DNA of 64,000 nt from Candidatus Methanomethylicia archaeon. Its GTDB lineage: Archaea; Thermoproteota; Methanomethylicia; CALHIW01. Under the pieces are notes generated by a model. That model had not been told where the DNA came from and ran no database searches. It worked only from the letters and a program-made list of their open reading frames with translations. The translations under genes and the position numbers were made by a program. Shown here in pieces: positions 49,560 to 60,726 of this stretch (within the stretch, counting starts at the first letter, position 1; every line of letters starts with the position of its first letter). The stretch is taken from NCBI GenBank assembly GCA_038845975.1, contig JAWBQF010000010.1, forward strand, positions 4,195 to 68,194, in the 5' to 3' direction.

Positions 49560-50444
49560 ATGGCTAAAATATTGAGATACATAAGGCCTGATGGTTTAGA
49601 ATCTTATGGATTAATAGTTAATAATCTTGTTATAGATCGTAGGGATATAGAAAGAATATTGAATCTAAAACTGCCTGAAGATATTGTATCCTTTATATCT
49701 AGTACATATTTAAACATGATTCTTGAAAAAATTGAGAACCTCAATTTTAAGCAGGGATTTAAACTAGAAAATTTAAGATTACTTGCACCAATTCCAAACC
49801 CGCCGAAAATACTATGTTTAGGGTTAAATTATATAGATCATGCTGAGGAGCAGAAGAAAACTCCTCCTGATGAGCCTATGATATTTATTAAGCCTAAAAC
49901 ATCAATAGCAGGACCCTTTGATGATATTTATGTTCCATCTGACTATGTTCAACAACTAGACTATGAGGGTGAGCTTGCAGTTATTATTGGAAAGCTAGGT
50001 AAAAGGATAAGTGCATCTAGAGCTTTAGACTATGTATTTGGATATATGGTGTTTAATGACTTATCAGCTAGAGATATACAAGCTAAAGATAAACAATGGA
50101 CACGCGGGAAAAGTCTAGATCAGTTTGCTCCAATAGGTCCATGGATAGTTACAAGAGATGATATTGAAAACCCATATAATCTTAAAATAATAACTAAAGT
50201 TAATGATGAGATAAGACAGAATTCATCAACTTCAAAAATGGTGCATAAAATAGATAAAGTAATAGAAGTATTAAGTAAGGGAATGACACTTGAACCAGGA
50301 GACATAATAGCTACTGGTACACCTTCAGGTGTAGGTGTTTTCATGAAACCCGAACCTAAATTCTTAAAGCACGGAGATATAGTTGAGATAACAATTGAAA
50401 AAATAGGAACAATAAGAAATCGAATAATATTCACCAGACCTTAA
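49560..50444 (+). CDS. Fumarylacetoacetate hydrolase (FAH) family protein
   Basis: GLNYIDHAEE, DYEGELAVIIGK, the DLSARD region and GTPSGVG are typical of the FAH fold. Confidence 0.8.
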   Translation: MAKILRYIRPDGLESYGLIVNNLVIDRRDIERILNLKLPEDIVSFISSTYLNMILEKIENLNFKQGFKLENLRLLAPIPNPPKILCLGLNYIDHAEEQKKTPPDEPMIFIKPKTSIAGPFDDIYVPSDYVQQLDYEGELAVIIGKLGKRISASRALDYVFGYMVFNDLSARDIQAKDKQWTRGKSLDQFAPIGPWIVTRDDIENPYNLKIITKVNDEIRQNSSTSKMVHKIDKVIEVLSKGMTLEPGDIIATGTPSGVGVFMKPEPKFLKHGDIVEITIEKIGTIRNRIIFTRP

Positions 50445-50838
50445 AATACGTAATTGATATTAGTTGAAAACTATCCATTTTATCAACGTTTATAGGGTTA
50501 ATTTCTCAACACAAAATTTATAATTTATTCATAAAAATTGAATAATTTTTCACTCTCTGCTAATTGCACATAAGATTTACCTAATCATTTCCGAAGCATA
50601 AAGTCTTAGTTGAATCATCATTCTTCATGACTTATTATATTTTGTCAATTTGGTCTTAATTTTAACATGCAGATAAATAGCAATAGTATTATATTGCACC
50701 TCAAAGCTTCAATAAATTAGGTTTATTTCAATATGTTCTAAATTGCTACTATGCTCTTAAGCCTATATAATTTTTAGAAGTATTAATTTTAGTTAGACTT
50801 ATAGAATATGGAGTTTCAGCTGTAATATAGTGTTTACA

Positions 50839-51858
50839 TTAAAGCTGCGGAATTATGGAAATGCCAATAATGTACATTAACCCACATAAAACAGCAGTTA
50901 CAGGTACTGTTAAAATCCAGAAGATAGCTATACTAATTGTAACAGTCTTATTGATGAGTTTTCTATTTTTAGCAATTCCAGCTCCAATAATTGATCCAAC
51001 AGTAGCATAGGATGTAGATATTGGTAAGCCATATCCTATAAACATGTAGGGTATAGTTGTAAAGAGATAAACAACAAAAGCATTACTTATCTCTGCTGCA
51101 AAACCAGTTAATACGTCAAGTCTATAAACTTCAAATGCAACTGTTTTTAAGACTCGGGGACCAATAACTAGTCCCCCAATAACGATTCCAATAGCACCAT
51201 AAGTAGCTAGTAGAATCATAGTATTATAGTCAGGTAAACGACCTAACTTCGATGCAATAGTAACATAAACACCAGTAGCATTACCAACATCATTAGCTCC
51301 GAAAGAATAGGCTGAAAAACAGAGAGAAAATATAAGAAGAACCTTAATTAGCTTCTCAAAAACTAGTGATTCCCAAATTTTACTTCTCTTAATGAATGTT
51401 TCAAGCATTTTATAAACTGTAAATGCAAGAATAAGACTACATAGAGGGGAAGAAATCCAGCTTAAGGCAATCATTGCTAAAACTTGAATATTAATGTTTA
51501 AGCCATATTTAACAAGACCATATCCTAAAATAGCGCCAATAACTGAATGTGTTGTTGATATTGGTTTACCTAGAAGAGAGCTGATTAAGATCCATATGTT
51601 AGCTGATAGAATAATAATAAAAGCTCCAAGAACATCAATTTCAGGTACTATACCTACCCCTATGGTTTTCATAACCATAAATCCTTGAAGTAAAGAGCCA
51701 ATAAAAGTAAATACTGAGAAAAGTATTAGAGCTTTGCTAATTGATAATACTCCAGACCCTACAGCACAATCAGTAGGATTAACAGCATCATTCCCACCCA
51801 TGTTAAATGCCATTATGAAGGACAATACTAAGCCACAGGCAAGCAGCACTATATCCAA
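50839..51858 (-). CDS. PiT-family inorganic phosphate transporter
   Basis: Duplicated PHO4 signatures are GGNDAVN and GANDVGNATG. 339 aa, polytopic. Confidence 0.85.
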   Translation of the reverse strand: MDIVLLACGLVLSFIMAFNMGGNDAVNPTDCAVGSGVLSISKALILFSVFTFIGSLLQGFMVMKTIGVGIVPEIDVLGAFIIILSANIWILISSLLGKPISTTHSVIGAILGYGLVKYGLNINIQVLAMIALSWISSPLCSLILAFTVYKMLETFIKRSKIWESLVFEKLIKVLLIFSLCFSAYSFGANDVGNATGVYVTIASKLGRLPDYNTMILLATYGAIGIVIGGLVIGPRVLKTVAFEVYRLDVLTGFAAEISNAFVVYLFTTIPYMFIGYGLPISTSYATVGSIIGAGIAKNRKLINKTVTISIAIFWILTVPVTAVLCGLMYIIGISIIPQL

Positions 51859-51944
51859 CTAAGCCACCACTACAACATTATGAGAAATATTTATATAGTT
51901 TCTCTATATAATAATCATAGTCTATATATAATATATAGATCTAT

Positions 51945-52997
51945 ATGGAGACAAGAAAACTCGTTAAAACAGGAGGGGCAACTTACATAATTTCTCTACC
52001 TAAGGAATGGATTAGAAGACATGAATTAAGTAAGGGAGCATCTATAGGCATATATGAACAGGCAGACGGGTCACTTATACTAAGACCTTTAACATTCAAC
52101 TTAAAACAAAACAATAAAGTAATGAATTTAAAAATTATAAGTGAGAACGAGGAAGTTACATTAAGAAGCATTATTGCAGCATATATTTCAGGATATGATG
52201 TCATAAATATATTATCAAACAAGATCCCATTAAACTTTAGGCGTAAAATCAAAGAGGTTATTACTAGAAAGCTTACAGGTGTTGAAGTGATTGAGGATTC
52301 TTCAACAAAAATAACGCTTCAAGTCCTATCACATTATGCTAGCTTCCCACTAAGAAGAGTTATAGATAGAATGGGTGCTTTAACATCATGTATGTATGAT
52401 GATATTTCAAGAGCACTTACAGAAAGAGATAGAGATCTTCTCCGTGATATTATTGAGAGAGATGATGACGTTGATAGACTCTACTTCTTATCAATAAGAC
52501 AGTTAACAGCAGCCATTAGGGAGCCGAATATACTAAGTAGTTTAGAAATTAAGGATCTTCGAGAATGCTTAGAGTATCGTGTTATAGTTAGACATATCGA
52601 AAGAGCAGCTGACCATGCTACAATAGCATCTACAAATCTATATGAAATCCTAGATTTAATTGATAAAGATATAGTTTCAAAACTAATTGAAATGGAGAAT
52701 GAAGCCTGTAAGTCATTTAGGAACTCTATATACTCTATAGTGAATACAAGTAGTAAAAGAGCAAACATAGCTTTGAGTTTAAGAGGCTTAGTGCGTGATT
52801 ATGAAGTTGACTTAATAGAGAAAATACTAACTGAAACCTCTAATGTTAAGGTAGTAGCTTACTTACGCTTAACTATTGAAAGTCTAAGAAGACTTGCAGA
52901 ATATGCAGCTGGAATTGCTGAAATACTACTTGATCTAGACATAGATACAAGAAATGAAGCAAATATACATGAACAGATTGAAGACACATTTAGTTAA
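51945..52997 (+). CDS. AbrB/SpoVT-domain plus PhoU-domain phosphate uptake regulator
   Basis: N-terminal swapped-hairpin-like LVKTGGATYIISLPKEWIRRHELSKGASI, followed by two PhoU-like helical repeats (DDDVDRLY..., ERAADHAT). Confidence 0.7.
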   Translation: METRKLVKTGGATYIISLPKEWIRRHELSKGASIGIYEQADGSLILRPLTFNLKQNNKVMNLKIISENEEVTLRSIIAAYISGYDVINILSNKIPLNFRRKIKEVITRKLTGVEVIEDSSTKITLQVLSHYASFPLRRVIDRMGALTSCMYDDISRALTERDRDLLRDIIERDDDVDRLYFLSIRQLTAAIREPNILSSLEIKDLRECLEYRVIVRHIERAADHATIASTNLYEILDLIDKDIVSKLIEMENEACKSFRNSIYSIVNTSSKRANIALSLRGLVRDYEVDLIEKILTETSNVKVVAYLRLTIESLRRLAEYAAGIAEILLDLDIDTRNEANIHEQIEDTFS

Positions 52998-53036
52998 GTT
53001 TATATTTAACTGTAATACTATATACAAGATGAATTC

Positions 53037-53714
53037 ATGTCTAAATCCGGTCATGTTGCTGTATGGTTTGGTAGAAAAAGAGAGAAAGCAGTACTAGCAA
53101 CTTGTGAAAAACACTATAGTAAAGTTTTAAGTGTTATTATGGAGATGAAGAAATTCATCGAGGCATACTATAGTGGCAACTTCGATGAGGTGAAGAAAAG
53201 TTTTGAAGAAATATTTAAGTTTGAAAGAGAAGCTGATGAAGTTAAGAAGAGTATAGTTACTGAACTTATGAAGGGGCCCTTTCATCCTCTAGATAGAGAG
53301 GAAATAATGAAACTTGTATTAACTGTTGATGATATAGCTGCCTATGTTAAAGCATCATCAAGAAGACTGCTTTACGTTAACCCTAAAGAAGTACCGGAAA
53401 ACATTAGAAATGGATTGAAAATAATAACATATAAGATGTGTGATGCAGCTACAATATTGAGAGATGGGCTTAATAAACTCGTATCTAAATCAGATGATGC
53501 ATTAGACGCAGCTGAAAAAACTGAGAGGATTGAAGAGGAAGTTGATGATTTAAGAGTTGATCTTATAGCTGAAATACTTAAATGGGGAGATATGGTTAAA
53601 AGTATAGGTAACTGGCTAATGATTAAGGACGCTGTAGAATTCATAGAGAATGCTGTAGATAGACTTGAAGATACAGCTGATGTGATTAGAGCAATAGTAA
53701 TACTAAGTACTTAA
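53037..53714 (+). CDS. DUF47/TIGR00153-type PhoU-like protein associated with PiT
   Basis: 225-aa all-helical protein with EREADEVKK and RIEEEVDDLR repeats, in the usual position near a PiT gene. Confidence 0.6.
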   Translation: MSKSGHVAVWFGRKREKAVLATCEKHYSKVLSVIMEMKKFIEAYYSGNFDEVKKSFEEIFKFEREADEVKKSIVTELMKGPFHPLDREEIMKLVLTVDDIAAYVKASSRRLLYVNPKEVPENIRNGLKIITYKMCDAATILRDGLNKLVSKSDDALDAAEKTERIEEEVDDLRVDLIAEILKWGDMVKSIGNWLMIKDAVEFIENAVDRLEDTADVIRAIVILST

Positions 53715-54542
53715 ACTAAACAGATCTTTAACTAGCAGTTCAACACTTCTACAATCACCATCAAGGTTTAACCTTATTGGAGTTATTGAAATTACATTTT
53801 CATACTTTATAGCATAAACATCGGTTCCAGGCTCAGCATCTTTATAGTTATCTATAAGCCATGATACGATTCTATATCCATTATTAGTCTCACAATGTAT
53901 ATCGCAGTAGCTTACATGAGCAATTCTAGTTACTTTAACTTTAATATTATCTAGTTTTTCAGGGATATTTATAGATAATACTTGAACACCATTGGGCATG
54001 CCATTCTCTAAAATATATCTAACAATTCTTCTAGAAACATCCATTGCAACTCTAAGCTCATCAATACTAACATGATTCTTTCTACGAATATCCCTAATAC
54101 AGTAGGAAATAGCAATAGCTGGAACGCCATGTATCGCAGCTTCTAAAGCAACGCCAATAGTTCCAGAGTTTAAAATATCTTCAAGCCCTATATTAGGCCC
54201 TAAATTAATACCAGCAACAACAATACTTGGTTTCCTCTTAAGAATTTTATTGGTAGCTATAAAGTATGCATCAGCAGGTGTTCCATTAATTGAGTAAGCT
54301 TTAAAACCATTAATCTCAATACTGGATGTACGTATTAATCCTATAGATAATGCTTTACCAATACCACTACGTTCATATTCGGGAGCGACAATGACTATTT
54401 CACCAAGTTCTCTAAGAGCTTGACTTAAAGCCAATAGCCCTATACTATTAATACCATCATCATTAACTATCAGAATTGTATTCATAAGAATCATAGAGTC
54501 ATAAGATTTATAAAAATTTATATCTGTGGTAATAAAAATCAA
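53703..54542 (-). CDS. surE: 5'/3'-nucleotidase SurE
   Basis: ILIVNDDGINSIGL and GINLGPN motifs. The real start is probably MNTILIV (about 54485) or MILMNT (54494). Confidence 0.8.
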   Translation of the reverse strand: MIFITTDINFYKSYDSMILMNTILIVNDDGINSIGLLALSQALRELGEIVIVAPEYERSGIGKALSIGLIRTSSIEINGFKAYSINGTPADAYFIATNKILKRKPSIVVAGINLGPNIGLEDILNSGTIGVALEAAIHGVPAIAISYCIRDIRRKNHVSIDELRVAMDVSRRIVRYILENGMPNGVQVLSINIPEKLDNIKVKVTRIAHVSYCDIHCETNNGYRIVSWLIDNYKDAEPGTDVYAIKYENVISITPIRLNLDGDCRSVELLVKDLFSLST

Positions 54543-54729
54543 GTGTCTTGAAGTATGTGAAGAATATTAATTCTATTTTCATATTTTAGTGAATGACATT
54601 ATATAGCCTTAATTAAAAATAGAATTAGTAATTTTAATGAGGATAATAAGGAATATGATTATATACTTAATATTGTTGATGCAAGAGCTTAAATAGTAAA
54701 ATGTTTAAGTCCTTTAGATTAGAAGACTT

Positions 54730-55380
54730 ATGAAGCCTTACGTCATCTTATGTGCTGCTGAAACAATTGATGGTAAGATTGCTAGTAAAACAGGTTTTTC
54801 TAAGTTTTCATGTTTACAAGATCTTAAAAGGCTTCATATATTAAGGGCTAATGTCGATGCTGTACTTGTAGGGGCAAATACAATTATTAATGATAACCCC
54901 TTATTAACAGTAAGACTTATTGATGGAAGAAATCCTATAAGAATCGTTATAGATGAATTACTGAGAATACCGTTAAACGCAAATGTAATCATTGATAGAT
55001 CAGCTAAAACAATAGTTGTTACCTCAAATAAAGCCTTAAAAGAAAAAATAAGTAAAATACGTAGTATGGATGTCGAAGTATTAATCATGGGAGAAAGCAT
55101 TAACCTTAAGAACTTAATGGAAAAACTGTATGAGAATGGGATAAGAAAAATACTTCTTGAAGGTGGGGGCATATTGAACTGGTATATGCTTTATCATAAA
55201 CTTGTTGATGAACTTCACATAACTATAACTCCATACATTCTAGGTGGAGATAATGCAATATCGCTAGTAAGAGGGGAGGGATTTAGCAATCTAGATGACT
55301 GTATAAAAGCTAAATTAATAGACTATAAGATATGTAGTTGTGGAGGGGAAATAGTATTAATTTATAAAGTTATGTATTAG
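54730..55380 (+). CDS. 2,5-diamino-6-ribosylamino-4(3H)-pyrimidinone 5'-phosphate reductase (RibD C-terminal domain family)
   Basis: MKPYVILCAAETIDGKIA, DAVLVGANTI and LLEGGG motifs. 216 aa. Confidence 0.75.
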   Translation: MKPYVILCAAETIDGKIASKTGFSKFSCLQDLKRLHILRANVDAVLVGANTIINDNPLLTVRLIDGRNPIRIVIDELLRIPLNANVIIDRSAKTIVVTSNKALKEKISKIRSMDVEVLIMGESINLKNLMEKLYENGIRKILLEGGGILNWYMLYHKLVDELHITITPYILGGDNAISLVRGEGFSNLDDCIKAKLIDYKICSCGGEIVLIYKVMY

Positions 55381-56291
55381 AAAGCCATGGGTTCACCATC
55401 CAAGAATACTAGTGGTTTATTTATATCATTAATGAAATGAAACTTAATTACTAAATTGATATCTTTATACAATCTTGATATTTCTAATAGTAAATCCTCA
55501 TAAAATTTAACATAATTAACTGTGAAACATTTAGGTAAACATACGTTAACAACAACATTTGGATGCTTATTACTAATATTGTAGAGAATATTAGAATACT
55601 TTAATGCATATAATTTAGATGCTAAAACAACCTCTTTAGATGTTAGCGGTGTCTTAATAAGCTTAACATTAAATACTCTAGAAAACCAATAAATAATTTC
55701 TTTCTTAAACATATCTATATCTAACCATTCTCCAGCTAAACTGGAGATATTAACTACTGGATATTTAATATTAATGAGGGATTTATATAAATTACTTAAG
55801 TTTGCATCAAATAAAATTGAACTATGAACTAATAATGTATTCTGTGACCGGTACTGAGCAAAGCCAGCAATCTTGAAGTTATCAGTAAAGACACTATTAG
55901 AAGCCTTAAACTCCACATTAATACCTAGATCTCTAAGCAAATTTACCAATGGCTTAGCAGCAACTTTATATGCATATTCAACATTCATAAACTCTTTATA
56001 TTTCTCAATATTAACAACTAGACTGATATTAATTACCCCCATATCATGATATACTGCACCACCGCCTGAAAGTCTTCTAACAATCTCTATACCCGTGATT
56101 TTACAGAACTCTAAATTAACCTCACGCATAACATTCTGTGAATAGCTAATAATAACTGATGGATTGTTACGCCATAACCATAAAACACCGTCATAACCAC
56201 CATTTTTAAATAATCTAAAAACTGATTCCTCAATACTAAGATTAAGCCTAGGATTAAAGCATTCATAATTTAATAATCTCCATAAAACCAT
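55377..56291 (-). CDS. Lipoate-protein ligase A family protein
   Basis: RRLSGGGAVYHDMGVINISL matches the LplA/BPL catalytic core. Confidence 0.7.
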   Translation of the reverse strand: MVLWRLLNYECFNPRLNLSIEESVFRLFKNGGYDGVLWLWRNNPSVIISYSQNVMREVNLEFCKITGIEIVRRLSGGGAVYHDMGVINISLVVNIEKYKEFMNVEYAYKVAAKPLVNLLRDLGINVEFKASNSVFTDNFKIAGFAQYRSQNTLLVHSSILFDANLSNLYKSLINIKYPVVNISSLAGEWLDIDMFKKEIIYWFSRVFNVKLIKTPLTSKEVVLASKLYALKYSNILYNISNKHPNVVVNVCLPKCFTVNYVKFYEDLLLEISRLYKDINLVIKFHFINDINKPLVFLDGEPMAF

Positions 56292-56787
56292 ATTTACCCT
56301 ACAAGTCTAATCAAACCCCCAATAATATATTATACTAATAATTTAAGGCTTAACTTAATTCTTAAAAGTGTAAAAGCATTACTAAATATTCTCCGGAAAT
56401 TGGTTTAAGTTTACTTGTTCTGAGAACTTACTTTAATAAATCTAGCAGCCATGTCTATGTATAGCTTTAGCTAAATACTATATAAGTATTAAATTCATCT
56501 AAGCTTAAAGGCCTCTACTAAATACTTAATTATACCGTAAAGACTTGTGAAGAGCGTAAAATTAATCCTATTAAACCGTTATAAACTTAGGCCTTTTATT
56601 GTCTTTCGAATTGTTAATAGCTGAAAATGTAACTTGAAGAATAGATAAAATTCATATTCTTTAAAATATTGATCAGCATCTTTCCTTACGGAGTCTTCCA
56701 GCTCCATCTATGATGATATTAATTAGCGTAACTTATAAGTGATATATTATAATAAGCTTTATTAAGGAAATTAATAATATTTTTAGT

Positions 56788-57288
56788 ATGTGGAATATTC
56801 TTAGTGAACGATTCCAAAATGATCCGGCGAAAATGAGGGTTGCAAGACTTGTTATTGAGCTTGGATTAAGAGTTTATGGTGGGGAAGTTTATATTGGTCC
56901 ATTAAAGGTTACCTTAACATCAATAGCTAAAGCATTAAATGTTGATCGAAAAACTGTAAGAGAAGCTGTGAAAATACTTTCAACTGATGAAAAACTTGGA
57001 CCAATACTTAGTAAAATTAGATCAGCAGGCGCATTCCTAAATGAAGCTTCAAAAATTTTAGGGTATACACTAGTTATAGTTGAGGCGGATTCGCATATGC
57101 CGGGTATTATTGCAGGAATCACTAAGATTATTGCTGATGCAGGTAGAAGCATAAGACAGATTATGGCTGAGGATCCTGATTTATTTCCTGAACCTAAACT
57201 TTACATAGTCATAGATGGAAAGATTCAGGAGGATCTAATTTCAGAGATGCTTAAAGTTCGAGGGGTGAAGAAGGTATCTATTTCATAA
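56788..57288 (+). CDS. ACT-domain regulator of amino acid metabolism (COG2150-like)
   Basis: N-terminal HTH-like (LTSIAKALNVDRKTVREAV) plus a C-terminal ACT-like (VIVEADSHMPGIIAGITKIIADAGRSIRQI). 166 aa. Confidence 0.55.
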   Translation: MWNILSERFQNDPAKMRVARLVIELGLRVYGGEVYIGPLKVTLTSIAKALNVDRKTVREAVKILSTDEKLGPILSKIRSAGAFLNEASKILGYTLVIVEADSHMPGIIAGITKIIADAGRSIRQIMAEDPDLFPEPKLYIVIDGKIQEDLISEMLKVRGVKKVSIS

Positions 57289-57386
57289 TATCTAGCCTTA
57301 ATTCAAATTTAAGAAACTAATATAGAACTCTCTAGGCTTTAAGTAAACTTTTTATTATTTTAGATCAAGTATATTGTGGTGATTAT

Positions 57387-57824
57387 ATGAGGTTCTATGA
57401 GGATTTTAATATTGGCGATTTCTTTGAAACCCCTAGAAGAACCATTACTGAGGCAGATATAGTAAACTTTGCAGGAATTAGTGGTGATTTTAACCCACTT
57501 CATATTGATGAGGTATTTGCTAAACAAACAATATTTGGGAGAAGAGTTGCTCATGGATTACTAACTCTAGCTGTTACTTCAGGACTTTGGATGAGACTTG
57601 GCTTTTTTGAGGGAAGCGTTATAGCTTTTTACGGTATTGATAATCTTAGATTTGTAAAACCTGTATTTGCAGGAGACACTATTATGGCTAGGATTAAGGT
57701 TATTGAGAAAATTGAAAAGGGAAATTATGGTATTGTAACTTTTAGTAATGAAGTTTATAATCAACGTGAAGAACTGGTACTTACATTTCAAGCAAAACTT
57801 TTATTGAAGAAAAAACAATTATAA
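57387..57824 (+). CDS. MaoC-like (R)-specific enoyl-CoA hydratase/dehydratase
   Basis: Hot-dog fold signature FAGISGDFNPLHIDE...AHG. Confidence 0.8.
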   Translation: MRFYEDFNIGDFFETPRRTITEADIVNFAGISGDFNPLHIDEVFAKQTIFGRRVAHGLLTLAVTSGLWMRLGFFEGSVIAFYGIDNLRFVKPVFAGDTIMARIKVIEKIEKGNYGIVTFSNEVYNQREELVLTFQAKLLLKKKQL

Positions 57825-57873
57825 GTACTGTATGGCTGTGAGCTTAAGCCTTATTAAGGTCTTCTCATCTTAT

Positions 57874-58014
57874 TTATGATGACGATATATGCTGTAAAGA
57901 ATTGAGCTTCATAAGGATTTTAGCACATTTCAAACATAATCCATGATGAAAATAACACTTTACACATACTTTTCTCCCACATCGTCTACAAGTATAGCTT
58001 GCTGTTTTAAGCAT
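57874..58014 (-). CDS. Possible 46-aa zinc-finger protein (below ORF-track cutoff)
   Basis: Minus-strand ATG at 58012-58014. Translation is MLKTASYTCRRCGRKVCVKCYFHHGLCLKCAKILMKLNSLQHISSS, with CRRC, CVKC and CLKC. Confidence 0.3.
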   Translation of the reverse strand: MLKTASYTCRRCGRKVCVKCYFHHGLCLKCAKILMKLNSLQHISSS

Positions 58015-58048
58015 GCATATAGAGCAGATACTTAATAAATTTGCCATG

Positions 58049-58846
58049 TTAGCTGGTTTTTAATCTACTTATTATTTCCTCAGCCACCTTCCTTCCTGAA
58101 AGCAACATAGATCCAAATATTGGACCCATACGCGGAGCTTGTTTTAAAGCTGCTACAGCCATACCTGCAACGTATAGTCCAGGAGCAACCATTCCGGTAT
58201 TGTATAGTACTTGACGCTCACCTTCACTAGCCCACATAGACTTTTCACCTTTAATTTCAAGTTCAAGTTCAGGTATTTTCCTTGAAACAATAGCTAATAC
58301 TTCAGCATCATGTCCTGTTGCATCCACAACCGCTCTACATCGTATAGCTAGAGGATCAACATGTAATCCAGACATTGTTACAGCAGTCCATTGGAGCACA
58401 ACTCCAACTATTTGTGCTCCATATCCACTATGTCTATACACTACATCATCTACAGTTACTCCAAGAAGTATTTTAGCTCCGGCATCTATAGCTGCTGATG
58501 CGAGTTTTGCTATGAGTTCAGCAGAGTCAACAACATAAATACCGTTTTCAACCTCCTCATAGTGACATTTTATCTCTTTAATTATTTCGTCAGCTGGACT
58601 TTCAACGATGACCTTATGGAAAAGCATTCCTCCACCTCCTATTCCACCTCCGAAGGATAATTTCCTCTCTATAAGGAGTGTTTTTAAGCCTGCCTGCGCA
58701 AGATATTTTGCAGCTGATAATCCAGCAGGTCCAGCTCCAACAATCACTACATCCCGCTCAGTAAAATCTATCCAGTCTTCAATAGATTTCCTTAAGATAT
58801 ATCTTGTAACAACCTCTTCAGTAACTTCTTTTACACCCATAATCAC
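58049..58846 (-). CDS. thi4: Thiazole synthase Thi4 family
   Basis: [18 protein letters not shown] with ERKLSFGGG and HDAEV-type motifs, as in archaeal Thi4. Confidence 0.85.
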   Translation of the reverse strand: MIMGVKEVTEEVVTRYILRKSIEDWIDFTERDVVIVGAGPAGLSAAKYLAQAGLKTLLIERKLSFGGGIGGGGMLFHKVIVESPADEIIKEIKCHYEEVENGIYVVDSAELIAKLASAAIDAGAKILLGVTVDDVVYRHSGYGAQIVGVVLQWTAVTMSGLHVDPLAIRCRAVVDATGHDAEVLAIVSRKIPELELEIKGEKSMWASEGERQVLYNTGMVAPGLYVAGMAVAALKQAPRMGPIFGSMLLSGRKVAEEIISRLKTS

Positions 58847-58899
58847 TGCTATAAGATTAAAAATATTTAAACTTTAAGTTTTATATTAGATGTTTAAGT

Positions 58900-59961
58900 A
58901 TGGATTTATTTATTAAAACTCAGAAAGGACTTGAGGAAGTAGCCGCATCCCATATTATTGATGTTTTAGGTAATGTTAAAGTAGTTACTAAGCCAAATGG
59001 ATTTTTAGGTATTATATTAGCGGATGATGTAGATGATAAATATAATGCTGTAAAAATCATTAATGAAAACATTCCAGAAGTAGAGTATGCTTATCCTATT
59101 GAGGCTGAAGTAAAATCAGTACTTGAAGAAATAGTTAATACATCAGTTAGAATAGCTAAGGAAAGAATTGTTAAGAATGAAAGCTTTGCTATAAGAACAA
59201 CTCGAAGAGGTAAACATAATTTTTCAAGTATAGATGTTAATATAAAAGCTGGAGCTTTAATAAGAGAAGCTGTAGGATCCGATGTTGACCTTACAAGTCC
59301 AGATAAGATAGTATACATTGAGATATTGGGAGACAAAACCTATATAATGATTGGAAGTGGAAGAGAGTTTGAGGAGTTTAAGAAGAGAAAACATGGAAAG
59401 AAACCTATATTGGAATTTCTACGTAGATTATCCATTGTTCAAATACCCTATACAGGACCTCTTAACGCTGTATATGCAATGGGAGTTAGAATTGGAAGAG
59501 CTGTACAAACATTTGAAGTTAATGAATTAGTAGTATCACCTAAGGAAAAGATATCGGCAGATGAAGTGGATACATTTATTAAGGGAGTATTTGAAGGTAT
59601 AAAATCCCGTTATGAAGTACAGCAGAGAACTTATAGAAGAGAAGTACATAAAGTACCAGTATATATTCAGGATCTATATCAGTTAGTTAGAGAACGACGT
59701 AATGAATATCTAATTTCAACCTCAACAAGAGGATATGTAATAAGTAGGATTTCAAACATAATTGATGAGGCAGTAAAAAGCGGTAAGAAAATAAGCATTC
59801 TCATAGGGGCAAGAGAGGGATTACCTACAGGTGTACTTAGACTTTCAAGAGCTGTACTAGATTTAAGTCCTGGAGTTACAATATCAACTGATTTTGCATG
59901 TGTAGCCGCATTAATAGCCTTTATAACACATATAGAGGAAAAAACTCATAATGAAATGTGA
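58900..59961 (+). CDS. THUMP-domain protein fused to a SPOUT-like (trefoil-knot) C-terminal domain
   Basis: THUMP-like FAIRTTRRGKHNFSSIDVN. The C-terminal ILIGAREGLPTGV...DLSPGVTISTDFA resembles SPOUT methyltransferase knots. Confidence 0.5.
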   Translation: MDLFIKTQKGLEEVAASHIIDVLGNVKVVTKPNGFLGIILADDVDDKYNAVKIINENIPEVEYAYPIEAEVKSVLEEIVNTSVRIAKERIVKNESFAIRTTRRGKHNFSSIDVNIKAGALIREAVGSDVDLTSPDKIVYIEILGDKTYIMIGSGREFEEFKKRKHGKKPILEFLRRLSIVQIPYTGPLNAVYAMGVRIGRAVQTFEVNELVVSPKEKISADEVDTFIKGVFEGIKSRYEVQQRTYRREVHKVPVYIQDLYQLVRERRNEYLISTSTRGYVISRISNIIDEAVKSGKKISILIGAREGLPTGVLRLSRAVLDLSPGVTISTDFACVAALIAFITHIEEKTHNEM

Positions 59962-60003
59962 TAATAGATATGTATAACTACACTAGTATTATTGGCATGT
60001 AAA

Positions 60004-60726
60004 GGCTTTGTCAACTTGAACATGTTTTATCACTCTATTTTGGTGTGTTTGTTTCTATGAATTCTTTAGCTTTCATTTTTTCATTAATTCATGTTTGTTA
60101 GCTATATTATTGATTTTATAAGCATTAATACATGTTCACTACCACATCTATCCTTCATACATGGTATGTAGTTATCGAATACTCTAGTTCTATCCTTAAT
60201 ATACTGTATTATTCCCTCCATTAAGTTCCTAACCTCCAAACTATACAATTCATGTTTTAATTTTAATATTCTCATGATGCTTTATAATAATGAGCACCAT
60301 CACTTAATACAACTATATTTGAACTATAGATAGCTTTAATCTTTTAAGGAATGCTAATGATGTAAGCATGTTGCAACATTACAAACTCATATGTAAAGAA
60401 TTCTCCTCAGAAATGGCTCAAAACAACATAAACAATCTCCTCATAGAACCCACATTTATAATAGTATCATCAACCATAAATTCTAACATCTCTCCTATCA
60501 ATCAATAAAAGCTTAAGATAAACCATGATAATATAGATACGTGACTCCTAACAATAATGAAACTTAAAATATTTGAAGTCATCCTTAATGAACATGAACG
60601 AAAATATATAAGCAATAAACAACTAGAATAAATAGAGTTCTCTCCTTACAAACCTAATAACCTTAGGCATACCATCACCATAAATAAGGAAGAGAAAACC
60701 CAAATAAAGCTAAAGTTAACAAAGCC
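60004..60726 (-). mobile_element. IS6-like insertion sequence relic (copy C), transposase frame disrupted
   Basis: TIRs are GGCTTTGTCAACTT and AAGTTAACAAAGCC. An 8-bp direct repeat CATGTAAA lies at 59996-60003 and 60727-60734. It is collinear with copies A and B and has no ORF of 60 aa or more. Confidence 0.75.
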
